The notes under the pieces: model-generated
Told to the model about the DNA's origin: nothing
What the model saw: the letters and a program-made list of their open reading frames with translations, nothing else
The model's database searches: none
In this document: positions 48,185 through 61,301 of the stretch, piece by piece
Position numbering within the stretch: position 1 is the first letter of the stretch
Layout: each line of letters begins with the position of its first letter
Program-made: the position numbers and the translations under genes
Source: Diadema antillarum
Taxonomy: Eukaryota
DNA length: 64,000 nucleotides
Direction: 5' to 3'
Assembly: GCF_040938485.1 (NCBI RefSeq)
Contig: NW_027271001.1
Coordinates: 2,728,001 to 2,792,000, forward strand

Positions 48185-48680
48185 CAGTCAAACCTGTCTA
48201 TAGCAGCTACTCAAGGGAGACGAAAAGAATGGCCGTTATAGACAGGTGGCCACTATAGACAGGTTGTCCGACATTTTGTGTGTATTGCACACATGAACAT
48301 ACGTGTATTATCGTTGTGTATACATGCACACACATCTTTACATTATATACACATGTTCCATGCATTGATCGAGTTGTCGCACAGTAGCGTGTGTACAGCA
48401 AGTGAGCTGCACGCCTGAATGACAGTTGACTGCAGCAGTGGCAATCACTGTACTGCTAGCCACAAAAGCAGAAAGACATGCTAAATTATCAGCTTCCCTA
48501 TGGCCCGTACGGGTCTGTGGCCACTATGGACAGGTTATAATCTACCACGGGAAACAAAATTGGTGGCTGCTGGGTTAGACAGGTGTTCGCTATGCACGGG
48601 GTCTTTAAGGTGGCTTTTCTCTCAGGGATTTTTCAGTGGCCGCATACAGCAGGTGGCCACTATTACTTTAAGGCAGGCAT
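48185..48680. mobile_element. pogo/Tigger-like MITE remnant
   Basis: Left end CAGTCAAACCTGTCTATAGC and repeated GGCCACTAT(A/G)GACAGG motifs; the right TIR is degraded. Confidence 0.55.
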
Positions 48681-51237
48681 GCAATATAAATATAAACTGT
48701 ACATGTATACAATATCAAATGGGTGCCACCTCCATTCTATGAAATTTAAGATAAAAGAGCTGTGGCAGAATAAACAAAGTTTTGCACTGTTTTTGCATGT
48801 AAGTATGCATGGATTTGTCATTTTTGACACACTTGCATTATAAACCGAGGTTGTTATTGGTCAAGGATGACTTGGAATCTGTAGATCTCCTGTATTTTCT
48901 AAACTTCAGAATGCTTTTTGTGGTTTTTTTTTTTCACCTTATCTATGGTTTATCCATAAATTTCATTTATCATATTTTGTAATGTTGACATATGTACGTA
49001 CATGTATATCTTATGTAAAAAAATAGCATTTACAAGTTTTGTTGGAGATGGGAAAATGAATGAATGAATGAACAAATCGGTTGATAACTATCAGAATGAA
49101 GCAGACTAAGAAGTACTGGACATAGCATTTCCATTACTCTGTGTTAAAGCTGCTTTTGTGCAAAAATGCACAAATGGATGGAAGCAAATGTGCAGAAACT
49201 TTTGAAATGCTTAGACTTGTCTGAAAAGTATGTAATCACTCAAAAAGTCATTTTTAAATGTTGAAGCGTTTGTACAGTGTTTGTACATTATATTGCATAC
49301 ACTACATGTGTGCATCATTCAACAGCCTGAGTAATGATATGCAATATGATCACACATAACTTAAAGTTTATGCCACTTGAAAGTCATACAGGTTATGAAG
49401 ATATGATCAATACTTGGATATCTCAAAATCACAAGATAACACGAAGATGATATTAATTGCGTGAGTGAGTGCAATGAAAAGCTTGTTGCAGTTAAACTTA
49501 ACTAAAGTCATATGACATGACCATGTTCAGTTTCATGTAACTTGTTCATGTAACTTTTTCTGATGTTGTGTTCGCACAATTTTACAGAAAGAAAAAGTAA
49601 TTACATTAAAAAAAGAAAGAAAGACAGAAAGAGAGATTTTGACAAACCATGCAGTGGATGATGTGCTACTATAGCATCGCAGTACCGGGTACATAATAAT
49701 GTACAACTGTACCGGGATATCTGAATCCTACAATCCTTTTTAAGTTCTATGCTACATGTACTCTTGTACATTGGATGTATGTAAATGAAAGATGTGCTAC
49801 TAAAGTGTAGAAAGCAGTGACAATGTCAGTGTGTAGTGGAGACTGGACAGTGTCTTCATCCCATGTACTGTATTGTGCAGCCTCGAGGAGAGAAATTAGC
49901 CGGCACACTGCCCTCTTGTTGCCGCTGAACTCTGACATTTTGCACAGTTGCCCTGGTTCTGTGGTCGATGACTGACTCTCATCAATGACAGGTTATGGGT
50001 TCAAGGCCGATGAAATGATAAGAGACAACGCAGGAGGGAATCGAGGGCTGCAAAGCTTTACTTCATGAGATTTTGAGGTGCCTTCTTTTGCAGACAAGTT
50101 AAGAAAGAAGGGTTGGTCAGAAGAAATCTAATTTACCATAATTGATGATGAGCCAGTGACTACCCTGATGATTAGATCAAGTGCAGATTCTTTCTTCATG
50201 TGCACTAGAAACAGCTGCTGAAGTCTTGCCGGTGGTGCCTTTAACAGTGCACGCAAAAAGGGGTCATTTTTTTAAAGAGTTTGCTCAGGAAGCAAAGAAC
50301 TTTGTATGAAAAGTGTTCATGAAAAATTAAGGGCATCCTGACTCCAGGTTTGAGTTTACTTTGACTTTGGGAAAGATAGAGTACACATTCACCTACATAG
50401 TTTGAGGCATCTACTACTGCAGATGTACAGAGGAAGAATTTATGTATCTCCTTTACAATGTTATCATTGTTGTATCATCTGTGACTCTTGTGCATTGTCA
50501 TATAAAGGATATAATTGTTTTTGAATTTTTATCTGAAATCACATGAATTTATAATGACTATTAATTTTGAAGCAAATGGGGGAATTGTGTGGCATATGTA
50601 TCACCTCATCTATAATGTAGATTTGCATGTTTATGTATGACTGCCACTGATACTAATATTCTGTGGAAATGTGTGAACTTTTGTAACTTTTGTAATCTGA
50701 AATTATCAGAGTTAACATGATTATGGAGTAAATCTTTAGTTGATAGTGTTTGAATCATGCTGCCATAGTGAGAGTATTTTTTGTTTAAAGGGTCATCTTT
50801 TTGAGGGCTACACACACATGGTGTCTCCGCAGAGCTTTCTCCCTCATTTACTTCACCATGCAAACCTTCAAGCAACACATATTTTTGTTTTGTTTTGCTT
50901 TGTTTTGTTTTAACATCAATTAAACCTGTGTTCTTGTAAAGAGCTATTCGATAGAAGAGGTACAATATTACCCAGATATATATATTATATATTATAATAT
51001 TATAATATTACCCTGAGCACCCATTCAACCTGCTTGCTTTATGCAGGGAGTACATGTACACTGTGTTGTTTGTGGCTTTGAGATGGAGGCAAGTCAGAAG
51101 TTGCTCATACAGTAGGAGTACAAAAGAATGAACATAAAGTGATTTTAAGCAGTAGAAGCCACAAATATTGCCAGGAGTTGTTACTTCATGATAGAGGCAA
51201 AGTTTGTTTGCCATGGCTGTAATTCTTTTTGCTGTTC

Positions 51238-51452
51238 AACTGTAAAACCAGAAATATTTGCATCACAAAACTCCTGTGAATTGGTGCTGACGGCCTTTTT
51301 TGCGGCATGAAATTTTTGAGAATTGCCACTGGCATGCAGTGCTGATTGTGTAGGCAAAACCTTCGCATGCATATGTATCACTTTTGTGAATCCTGGCTCC
51401 CCGTAAAATTTGTGAAAGTTTCATGCTTGCAAAAATTTCGGGTTTTACAGTA
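51238..51452. mobile_element. CTGTA...TACAG MITE
   Basis: CTGTAAAACCAGAAATATTT / AAAATTTCGGGTTTTACAG inverted ends. Confidence 0.7.
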
Positions 51453-54400
51453 CTCCAGCTGTGTGTTCATGTCTCATTGGTACAAAATGTAGTTTGTTGA
51501 AGTTGGAAGGAAACTTGTACACATTATTTGAGGATTAGCTATACGTTTTTTTTACCTTGTATTTATCTCTATTTTACGTAAAAGGATAGATAAACAAGAG
51601 GTGCTTTTTATGAAAAGTAGAATAGGTCATTGATTCAATATTTTTTTTTTTTTAAATTTCAACTTTGTACAATATACAGTTTAACATGTACAATATGTAC
51701 CATGGTGTCCCTTGCTTCTGGGCAACTGCAAAGTTTTATTCCTGTTTAGTAGGTGTCATTTTCATGAGATTCTATGCTCAACCACTACATTTGTATCATA
51801 AAATGGTGAATATTGGATATTTGATTGTCAGTATAAATTGAATTTGACAATACAGCTAGTTTGACAGGAGGTGGCATTATTAACCTGCAACTATCATCCC
51901 ATCATGTGCCACGCTGATGGTGAGACAAATCTTCCAGTGCCGCGCCGTGTTTGTCTGCAAATAAGTCCCATCGGCAAATTGTTGTATGTTTGATCAGGCC
52001 AATGATACGAGTTTGGAATTGACTATGATGGGTTGATTTCTCCTGAGGTACATTCACATCTCAAACAGATCTTGGGGGTGGGTGTGTAGTCTTGCTGACA
52101 GACCCACGTGTGGACTCCACACCCCATCTCATGTACCTATTTAATGTAGGAGATGCACCAGGACAGTGCCCAAAAAAGCCTTCAATAATAGCTGCATGTA
52201 AATGCTAATAGTCTTTTCAATCTTTTGTTTGATTGTATAGGAACATCATGTGTGATGTAATCATGATATATAAAGAATTCTTGAAATGTGTCTGGTGATG
52301 GAGACTACAGTGATGAAGAACAGTCACTTTTACAGACAACACCCCCAGGTGACTTTGATTAGAATGAAATTTTCAAAAGACTCCACGGAGAACAGAGGGT
52401 TGTCTGCATTGTGTGAATAGATCGCACATCACATAAAGAAATTTTGTAATTGATTAGGGACCTGGGAGAGGGTGACATTTTACTGCAATCTTCTTTTCGG
52501 AAATTGATGGACTGAGGAAACATACTTGACAGGATACATGCTGCTTTATGAGTGGCTGTCAGTGCAGAATGTGCAATACCGTATTCATTTGCTTTTGTTT
52601 GAAACATGTGCATTATATCAAAATTTCTCTGTGTTTTGTGACTGTGGGAAAGTGGAATGAGGGGTCAAATCCAATTTGCTGCATATTTTTTAATTCTTAA
52701 TTTTATTTTTTTATTTCTTAATTTTTTTTTTTGAAGACAGCATTTGTTAATCTGGGACATTTGCTGTTTGGAATGAAATGCTCTCTTGCAGCCAACTTGG
52801 AAGTGAAATGATACAAGATTTGATCATATGCTCAGTGGTTTTTACCATATATTCACTGTCATTTATTTATCTATATATTTTATATGTATGTAATTATTTA
52901 TTTATTTATTTGTTCATTCATTTCTTTCTTTTCTTTTGAGGGGGGAGGGGAGAGACATACAGACTTCAGTGGAATGTGATTGTGAGAAATCATTAAAAAG
53001 TTAAATTGTATTTGTCTATGTACATGTATATTCAGATTGGTGTTGCCGATGTGTGTGGCTAAAACCATTTTTTTTTTTTTTGCCACTGTGATTTTAATGT
53101 GTGGAGCAACATTGCTATGGCTTGAGTAATCCATCATGCTTTATCCTAGCATCTACTTCATTGCAAGTTCTAGAAGACCTTGCTGCCCCAAAGTTAAGAT
53201 GAATCACTCTTGACGTAAAAACTTGAATGTGATTGGATGGATTCGCAACTTGGCATTATGCATTCGGCAGGCAAATTATCCGAGACATATTGTGCAGAAA
53301 AGTTGTCCACCAATGTCCTTGTGAGGCAAATATAGTCCATTGTGAGTTTTCACATAAATGTCGTTTGGGGCCACGTCTATATACTGTACTTTATTGTGGG
53401 GCTTCAAGGAAGTCCATATTTGATATCCTTTGCTCCCATGTCATGCAAGGTAGTGCTCAGTGTATCCTTAATCATCGGCCCCATCACTTTAAGCAAGATA
53501 GAACTAAACATTTGTAAATTCTGACAGCTTGTGTAGTTTGCTCGTGGGCAAATTCTATTTACACTCATGCAACTTACAATGCCGCACACTTGTTAAGTTT
53601 TCTGCAACAAATGGAATATTCGTAAACTGAATAGTAATAGACATAGACTGAAGGAGAATTTCTTGTGTTTCAACCAAACAAGAATAATTCGTCACCATCC
53701 CCAAGGCAATTAGGATGGGGCAATAATGTCATCACCTAAGAACTTTCCTGTGTGAAGAAAGATGTCATGAAATCAAGTTTGTGTGGTTGATTCCAATTGC
53801 CTTTTGATCTCATCAGTATCTTTATGCAATCCTGCAGTGATTTGATGTGACTTTTAAGAAAAAAAAATCATGTAAAATAGGAAATGTAGTGGATATTGAT
53901 ATGTGCACTGCAGGTCAAGGAAAAGCTTCTTGACAACAACACTATCACCTCATTGTATAGATCTGGAAATCATGTGATTGTGACCGTATCATGAATTACA
54001 TTGAACATTAACATTCTGCAACTTTTTTAATGTTTTGTTTGATCTTATTGGAACTTTACTAATTCTGTTTGTTACAGTCAACTACTTGTACTTTACTTCA
54101 GACTCTCTCCAGAGAGAGGGTCCTTCCCCTTCTTTTGCTGCAAGTGTAACATGTGCTTTGTCAAGGTTGTATTATCAGAAACAAAAATAACCAAAGCATT
54201 TATTGATCTATGTTTTTCTCCACTGAATACTGAAGTTGAAATGAGTTAGCCTCATTCAAAAGCTGTGTTGTGTATTTTGTCCCTTTTCTAATTCCACCGA
54301 ATAAAACAAGACTCAGTAAACTGTCGATACAACAATTTATACTCTCAAGTTTATACACTACATGAAGAGCTTCACTATAAATGGGGGAAGGGGTACTAAG

Positions 54401-55119
54401 TTTGGTAACATTCAACTATTTACCTCCTTCAGTTTAAGCTTGTTTTCCCTAGTTTTCAACTAGAAAAAGAAATAAAAAATCAGGCTGGACCACAGGCCTG
54501 GGAGAGGTGTCTACAGATTTGATTACACGAAGGAGCCAGGCTTTCAGACAAAGTGGCAATTGTGTCAGTGCGTTGCATCCGCGTGCTCCACTTTGAAAGA
54601 TTTACAGAGTGCACGCTTTATCTGTCACAACAGTTAAGTAGGTGTATGCTTGCCCCCTTTTCTGTCATGAGATGAATTTCATACATAATGGTGCAGAATC
54701 TGTGTGTAAATCTTGTTTTTCCACTGATCCTTGGCTTACAATTGTGGGTGATATTAGTCATGTATTATAAACAATTTTTCCAATTTTACCCTTACATCAG
54801 ACATTGTAATGTACTATTTAAATATGTTAACAAGGGAATATCCCATTTGTTGTAGAAATTTGTTCCAATTCAGTCAATTTGTTAAGACATAAATGTATTG
54901 TATGTGACCTGCTAAAATCCTGAACATTAAATCTTTAGCATTAGGATTTTTTCAACAGTGAATTGTCCAGATTCTATGTTTTCCATTGATTCACAGTTTG
55001 TCTTACTTTATTCCCCCATAGAATTTACCTCAGAACTGAAGAAAACCAGCCACCAGATGTAAGCAGTTTAGAGAAAACAGACTTTGCAGATAAAATACAG
55101 TCAAGTATGCAGAAGCTTA

Positions 55120-55566
55120 TACCCCTAGAGTTCAGTCACTCATGCATTTTTGGCCAGCTCCTGGCCCGTGCTAATTTGGCCCGCACCAAGCAGTAAAAAT
55201 TGCATTCAGTAACTATAGCAGAGCCGTGCTACTCTTACGATGACCCATTCACAAACTCCGCCACGTAAGGGATAACTACCTTGGTATCTGAACGCGCGCT
55301 CTGGCAGAAGGCACGGCCAGGTAACTGTGACCTTTGACTGTGCAAGGAATTTTGGCCCGAGCCTGGCGCTGCTATCGTTCATGAACTCTTCAATTGGCAC
55401 CAGGTCCGAGCATGGCCTGCGCCTGGTACTAGCTTCAGCAGCGCCAAAATAGCCCGCTCTTGGCGCGGGCCACTTTGGGCCACTTTGGCCCGACCCATTC
55501 ATAAACTAAAAATTTTACAACTTAGCTCGGGCCTGGTCTGAGCCAGAGGAGTTACTGAAAGGAGTA
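55120..55566. mobile_element. GGCCC-rich non-autonomous DNA element
   Basis: Ends TACCCCT..TTCAGTCACTC / GAGTTACTGAA.AGGAGTA, with many internal (T)TGGCCCG motifs. Confidence 0.6.
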
Positions 55567-55814
55567 TGAGATACTCCAACAGAATAGATATCACCAAATT
55601 GACAGTTTTAAGAAAAAACATACCCCAAACTTGCATTCCAAAACATTCATATACTTTGACATATGAGATGGAAGGTTGTTGAGCGCCAAACTTTTGATTT
55701 TGAAGTGAACCTTAAAGTTTGTATAGTTCTCACCTGCTGTAGATCACCTCATTTGTTCTTTTTCTGGGCTTTAAGGTTTGTAACTTTGTAAGTATAATGT
55801 CCTCAGTTTTCAAC

Positions 55815-55884
55815 AGCAACAGTAGCAGCAGCAACAACAACAACAACAATAATAACAGCAATAACAACAACAACAGCAACAATA
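55815..55884. repeat. (CAA/CAG/TAA)n trinucleotide tract
   Basis: Read directly. Confidence 0.85.
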
Positions 55885-56823
55885 ACGTCACAAAACCAGC
55901 TTAATTGTCAATGTTTCAATTCACAAATTACAGAAATAAATACATGTCTGAGTTAAGATTGGTGGTCTTTGGCAAATTGAATGCATTATGAGTAAGTTCC
56001 CAGAAGAAAATCCATGAATTTTCAATGCATGTAGTTAAACTTGCCTATCACATGCCATCTGATTTACTGTCTATTGCAGTGTAGGCCTACATTAGATACG
56101 ATTGTATCTAGGCCCTGTCCTTCCTTGTGCTCTGTGGATACTCCCTGTGTAACAATCCCAATACTGGGCCTCTTCTGCCGTGACCTTGATTCTTCAAAAG
56201 GGAAAGAGCCAACTTGGACTAATTCCAATAATTCTCTTTTGCCCTGAAATGTGTGCACCTCAGATTGCAGGTTCAACAGCGGCAAATGTGTTGATATTGC
56301 CACTGCAGGTAGAGATACCAAAAAGTTTGCTCGGCATCAGAAAAGATTAAACGTGTACAGTGTTTGATAAGAATTGCAGCATTCTAAATGTGGACTTCTT
56401 TTACTGTGTGCCATTTTACAAACATTTACTCATGGGCATTCTGTCATGAGGGTCAATGTTATATCTGCATGTGCTTATCTGTAAAAAGGCTGATCCTCTC
56501 AAATTGTCCTTCAACAAGTCCCTTATTTGCTCACACAGAAGGCCTACTGCATGAAAAAATCTGGCATACATCCACTGTAGGCCTACATAGTAAGGTTACT
56601 TGGTTACTTGAATGATCATAAATGCCTGTTTCCTTCACACAAGTTTTCTATATAGCAGACATTTTCTTCCCTTGTCCTTGCTTGCAGTATAACTGGTGTT
56701 TTTTCAGAAATTAAGAAAATTCAGCTATGGACATTGAATATCACATGTAGGGAGAATTGCTTACAAGTACAGCTGTAATAAGTGCGCAGTAAGCCAAAAA
56801 CATGTATTAGCATGGAAGCTTAA

Positions 56824-57782
56824 AGGAAAAGTTCACCTTAGTATATGTGTGGATTGAGTGAATGCAGCAATATTTCTAGAACACATCAGTGAAAGTTTCA
56901 GGAAAATTGGACAATCTGATCAAAAGTTGTGAACTTTTAAGGTTTCAGTGCTGCCATTGCTATTGAGAAGACTACTACAGTTTGTGATGTCACATGCATG
57001 AATGATGTAAAGAAAATGTAAATAGAAAGCCACAAAGTTATTCTTTTTGTTGAAAAGTACACATTCCCTAGACTTGCTACTGATGTACAGTGTATGTTAT
57101 AGGGTTCATTCCCCTGCCTTCTGAAAGAGGTACAGTTGTAAGTCAAGTGCTCTTTTATTATGCGAGAAAAACGAAAATATGTTGAATTCTTTTTATGTTC
57201 TCTCTAAGGTCTCGTAAAGGGACTGTACAGTAGTGGTTGAGGTGGGGATTCATGTTTTGAACATTCCTAAGTGAGATAATGAGAAACCTCTTATGAAATA
57301 TGAAAGAGCATGTGATTTTAAGAAGGATTCAACGTTTATTTGATGAAAATTGGTTTTCAAATGGCTGAGATATCCCCCAAAATAATAATAATAAAAGGCG
57401 ACATACCCCACCTTTATTAGGATCTCTTTGTTTCACCTTGTTTTTGGATATCTCGGCCATTTCAAAACCGATATTCATCAAATAAACTTTTGATACACCT
57501 TAGAATTGCATGCTCTTTGACATCTCATAGAGTGGTTTCTGAATATCTCGCAAAATGTTAAAAGCTAAATCCTTACCCCGACCAGAACTGTACACACCCT
57601 TTAATATCGTTCCAGGCATATGACATCACAAACTGTAGTAGTCTTCTCACCCAGCAATGGTGGCACTGAAATCTTAAAAGTTCATAGCTTTGGAACAGAT
57701 TGTCTAATATTCCTCAAACTTTCACTGATGTGTTCTACTAATATTGCTGCATTCACTCAATCCAAGAAGGAGAACTTCTCCT
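56824..57782. mobile_element. Larger TTAA-flanked Kolobok-like element with inverted arms of about 175 bp
   Basis: TTAA|AGGAAAAGTTC...GAACTTCTCCT|TTAA; the arms share GGATTGAGTGAATGCAGCAATATT and GAGAAGACTACTACAGTTTGTGATGTCA. Confidence 0.82.
57218..57600. mobile_element. Kolobok-like MITE (383 bp) nested in a larger element
   Basis: GTAA|AGGGACTGTACAG...CTGTACACACCCT|TTAA; same family as 15385 and 40486. Confidence 0.82.
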
Positions 57783-58815
57783 TTAAATGTGCTGCAAAAG
57801 GCAGCTTGTTGAAACTAACCTTGGAGCCTATTTATTAGGATGAGAAAATGAGAAGGCATATTGGTAAAAGTTCCTCAAATCTTGCTCAGAAGTTGAGAAA
57901 GTGCCTCATCAAAACTTGCCAAGTTGCCTTGTTGTCTCTACATGGTGTCCAGGCGAGATTTGAGGAGTTGCAGTCTTGCCTTGTTATCATGAACAAAGCA
58001 CCTGTATGAGTTTTATCTTCTCAAATACTCTACTTAAACAATAGGGCATCTCTAGGCGAGTTTCAGCATAACTCTCTTTCTCAAGTCGTTGTCCTAAAGT
58101 GCCTATATAAGTGCGGACAGGTCACCTTCCTGTCTGAAAGAAGGGTTCCAGGTAAGTTTCAACAAGTTGCCTTCTTGCTGCAACTTCTAGCTTTCATATG
58201 TGGGTAATTTGACAGATTTAGCAAACTGCCTAAAACAGACTAGTTTCTTGAAATGTTGATTGGGTTCATGACAGATTTCAAGCCCTATGCCAAATAATGA
58301 CATTTATAATTTTACAAACTTTTGCAGTTAGATGTCTGTTTCGCTGCCATATTAAAATCTGGCCCTGAAAACAAACATTTTGACTCTTGGCTGGGGACAC
58401 TTCAGGCATATTATAGGTCAGATGTTCTCTATTGTAATGACATAAAAATTGAAACTTTAAACTCGTTATCTCATAGTTCTGACATTGACACTGTGTCATT
58501 ATTATCAATGAAAAGATCAATGAAGATCATAATAGTCATATTCTTCCTCTGTATGCATGAAAGACAACCAATCACATTGAATATAAACAGCATGGAAACC
58601 TTCAGAGACAATATCCACAGTAGAACAATGGCACAATTGTCCTTCGAACTCATCAGAAAGACACATTTTTAAAGTTATGTCCCTCCTTTTGTGAAGCCTG
58701 CCAGCTACCAGTATCGGTTTCATGCTCCGACAAGTCAGAATGTGGAGTGTCATCTTTGCGTGGAACTATGAAGTTCACCTTTCGCTGGAAGTAGGTCTTT
58801 GCCAATTGGGAATTG

Positions 58816-58892
58816 TTGTTGTTGTTGTTGTCTCTCTCTCTCTCTCTCCCCTCCCTCTCTCTCTCTCTTCTTCTTTTTCTCTTTCTCTCTCA
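58816..58892. repeat. (TTG)n followed by a (CT)n pyrimidine tract
   Basis: Read directly. Confidence 0.85.
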
Positions 58893-60814
58893 CTTTGTAC
58901 CAGAAGGTGGAACAAATAATTGTCAATCTGCCAGTGCTGTTAAGTGAGGTACAATATTCCATTACGCTGCAGCTTGTGCTGCCAACTGTGCATGGAGCTT
59001 TGAGTTCACAGTATACCTACAATACATCCCAGCTGCTATGCCAAGACAGTCGACTGTCTACGACTTTGACTCCCGATATGATATAAAGACCTAGCCGAAA
59101 GTCAAGTAGAATTTCATTAGGCCTGCCTTATGGGGCTGCCTGTGTAGACACAACAGATTCCAGTCAGAGATAAAGGCACTATGATTCATACTGCATAATC
59201 CCTCCACATTGACCTTCTGATTTCAGGCCTAAATCCTCCCCCCTGCTTAAGTTTTTGGGGATGTCAAAAGTTTCAGGGTCTAAAACGGCACGTTCTTAGA
59301 TATCTCTGCTCAGATGATATGGGCATATTGACTGTGCACACTCCAATAGGACTGTGTGTTTGTGTGTCTGAAGTCATGTTCAGCTGTATACATGTAGGTC
59401 ACTATATAGTGAGATACATAGCTACACTGTGTAGTCCATAAGAGAGCAATGTGTTGAGTCACATGTCATTATTTTCTTTGAAGTGTGCAACTTTTATTCT
59501 TTCATTATGCATTAACACTTTTAACAATCATTTTACTTATTAAAACTTTTTTTCCATGCTGCCTAGCATGAATGGAATGGTAAGGCATTGAAGTGTAAAA
59601 TATTCAAATGTGTACGACATCTTAATGCAATTATTTTCTAGATGATTGCGAATCATTAAAGAGATTTTTTTTTTTTTTTTTTTTTTTAGTATTGAAGAAT
59701 TTTCTTAAAATCCAATGTGGCAAATCAAACAACTTAAGCTCTCAGTTTATCAAAGGCTAATGTAAGACTGGATTTCAACAACTATGCACAAGAGAAGTGG
59801 AATAGGTAAAAGAGCAGGTACATTGTACAACAAAAGGTATCACAACAGAAGAACATCCAAGAATTTGAAAATCTGGGTACAATGACCTGTTGAACAAGCT
59901 TTTCACTTTTATTCTTTTATTTCCATTCAATTTAGCTAATTGTATTTCCATAAATAGATTGTGACTCCCCTGACTGATAACAATGAATTCTGCAAGGTAC
60001 GGTCTGCATTCCACATTCAACAAGGGTGAAAATGCACAGGCTCAGAAGAAGGAAAGTTTGTTGGCCTGCAGATTGCCATGTGACTAACAGTCATGAATAT
60101 AAATGTAATAATGATTTAGAGTGTATTTCACGTGGGAATGTGTTTTACAAAAGCAATACTCTGGAACTTTGTGAAACGGTTGATAAGCTCTGTATATGCA
60201 GGATTTGAAGGTGAACTTGATAAAAGCGTTCATGACTCGTATTTGTGTACACGTTGCTGTAGATGCTTATTTTGATAGCTACGTGTAATTAGGTGATGGG
60301 ATATGTGTATTTGTGTGATGGGATGTATTATATATTAGTGGGAGGACGTAGGAAGTTTGGAGATCTATTATTAGAAAGACGCCGACTGGGTCATTGGAAT
60401 GAATACAACAAAGCTCAATTGCTGGGAGAGCAATGTAGAACATACATGGTATTAAATGTGATAGGAAAATATTGTTATGATATGGGGGGTCAGTGTACAA
60501 TGTAGGTCAAACATTACAATAATAGACTTTTTTTTCTGTATGTGCCTTTTCTAGTTGAAGATGGGTGGAAAAAGCAATGACAAAAACATCCTGAAACCCC
60601 ACATATCTTCAGCAGGGAACACATCTGTGCATTTGTGATAATACATTTTTGTAGAGGGAGCTTGAAATTAATGATGTACATATTAAAGTTCTATGCTAGC
60701 TAGGTGTAGGGCTTAGCCAGGTACAGTGTATGTTAGAAAAAGAACTCTGTATTTTCATGTTGAAATACCATTTCGCTAAAACTACCCCTTCCCCTCCCCT
60801 CTCCCAGATCTTAA

Positions 60815-61174
60815 AGGCGTAATTTACCATTTACAAATGAAAAAAAAACCCAGCATTAGTGCTTTAAAATAGTTCTAAGATGTGAGTTAGGGACAGAAAC
60901 AACCACTGTAAAATATTGAATATGTATTATCGATGTTAAGTATTGTTAAATATACAAAATGTGAGCAATAGTTATAATAGAGATGTTTCCAGACTAAACC
61001 GTCTACAGTTAATTGTTTATTAAGAAAAATACTGATATCTCCTTATATTTTAGGCTTTATTGCGAAAATCTTATGTGGTAGGATGTTTTGTGATACACCA
61101 GACCTACACATATGCATCAAATGTGATATCTTGAAAATTTTTAAAATCACTGCTCCCAAAGGTAAACTAGACCT
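60815..61174. mobile_element. TTAA-flanked Kolobok-like MITE (second family)
   Basis: TTAA|AGGCGTAATTTACCATTT...AAAGGTAAACTAGACCT|TTAA. Confidence 0.65.
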
Positions 61175-61257
61175 TTAAAGAGTTATTCATGGTCAATGAA
61201 TGTACTTTATTAAACCAGTATTCTCAAGAGGGCATTTTCTATGGCGTGGTAGGAGGT

Positions 61258-61260
<3 letters not shown>

Positions 61261-61298
<38 letters not shown>
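61261..61298. repeat. (GT)n microsatellite
   Basis: Read directly. Confidence 0.95.

Positions 61299-61301
<3 letters not shown>

Noticed and set aside
58904-58948. 45-nt phase-0 candidate second exon of the plus-strand gene (KVEQIIVNLPVLLSE)
   Set aside because: The acceptor strength comes from a CT microsatellite, the donor GTACAA is weak, and the peptide is not recognisable. It cannot be supported without transcripts.
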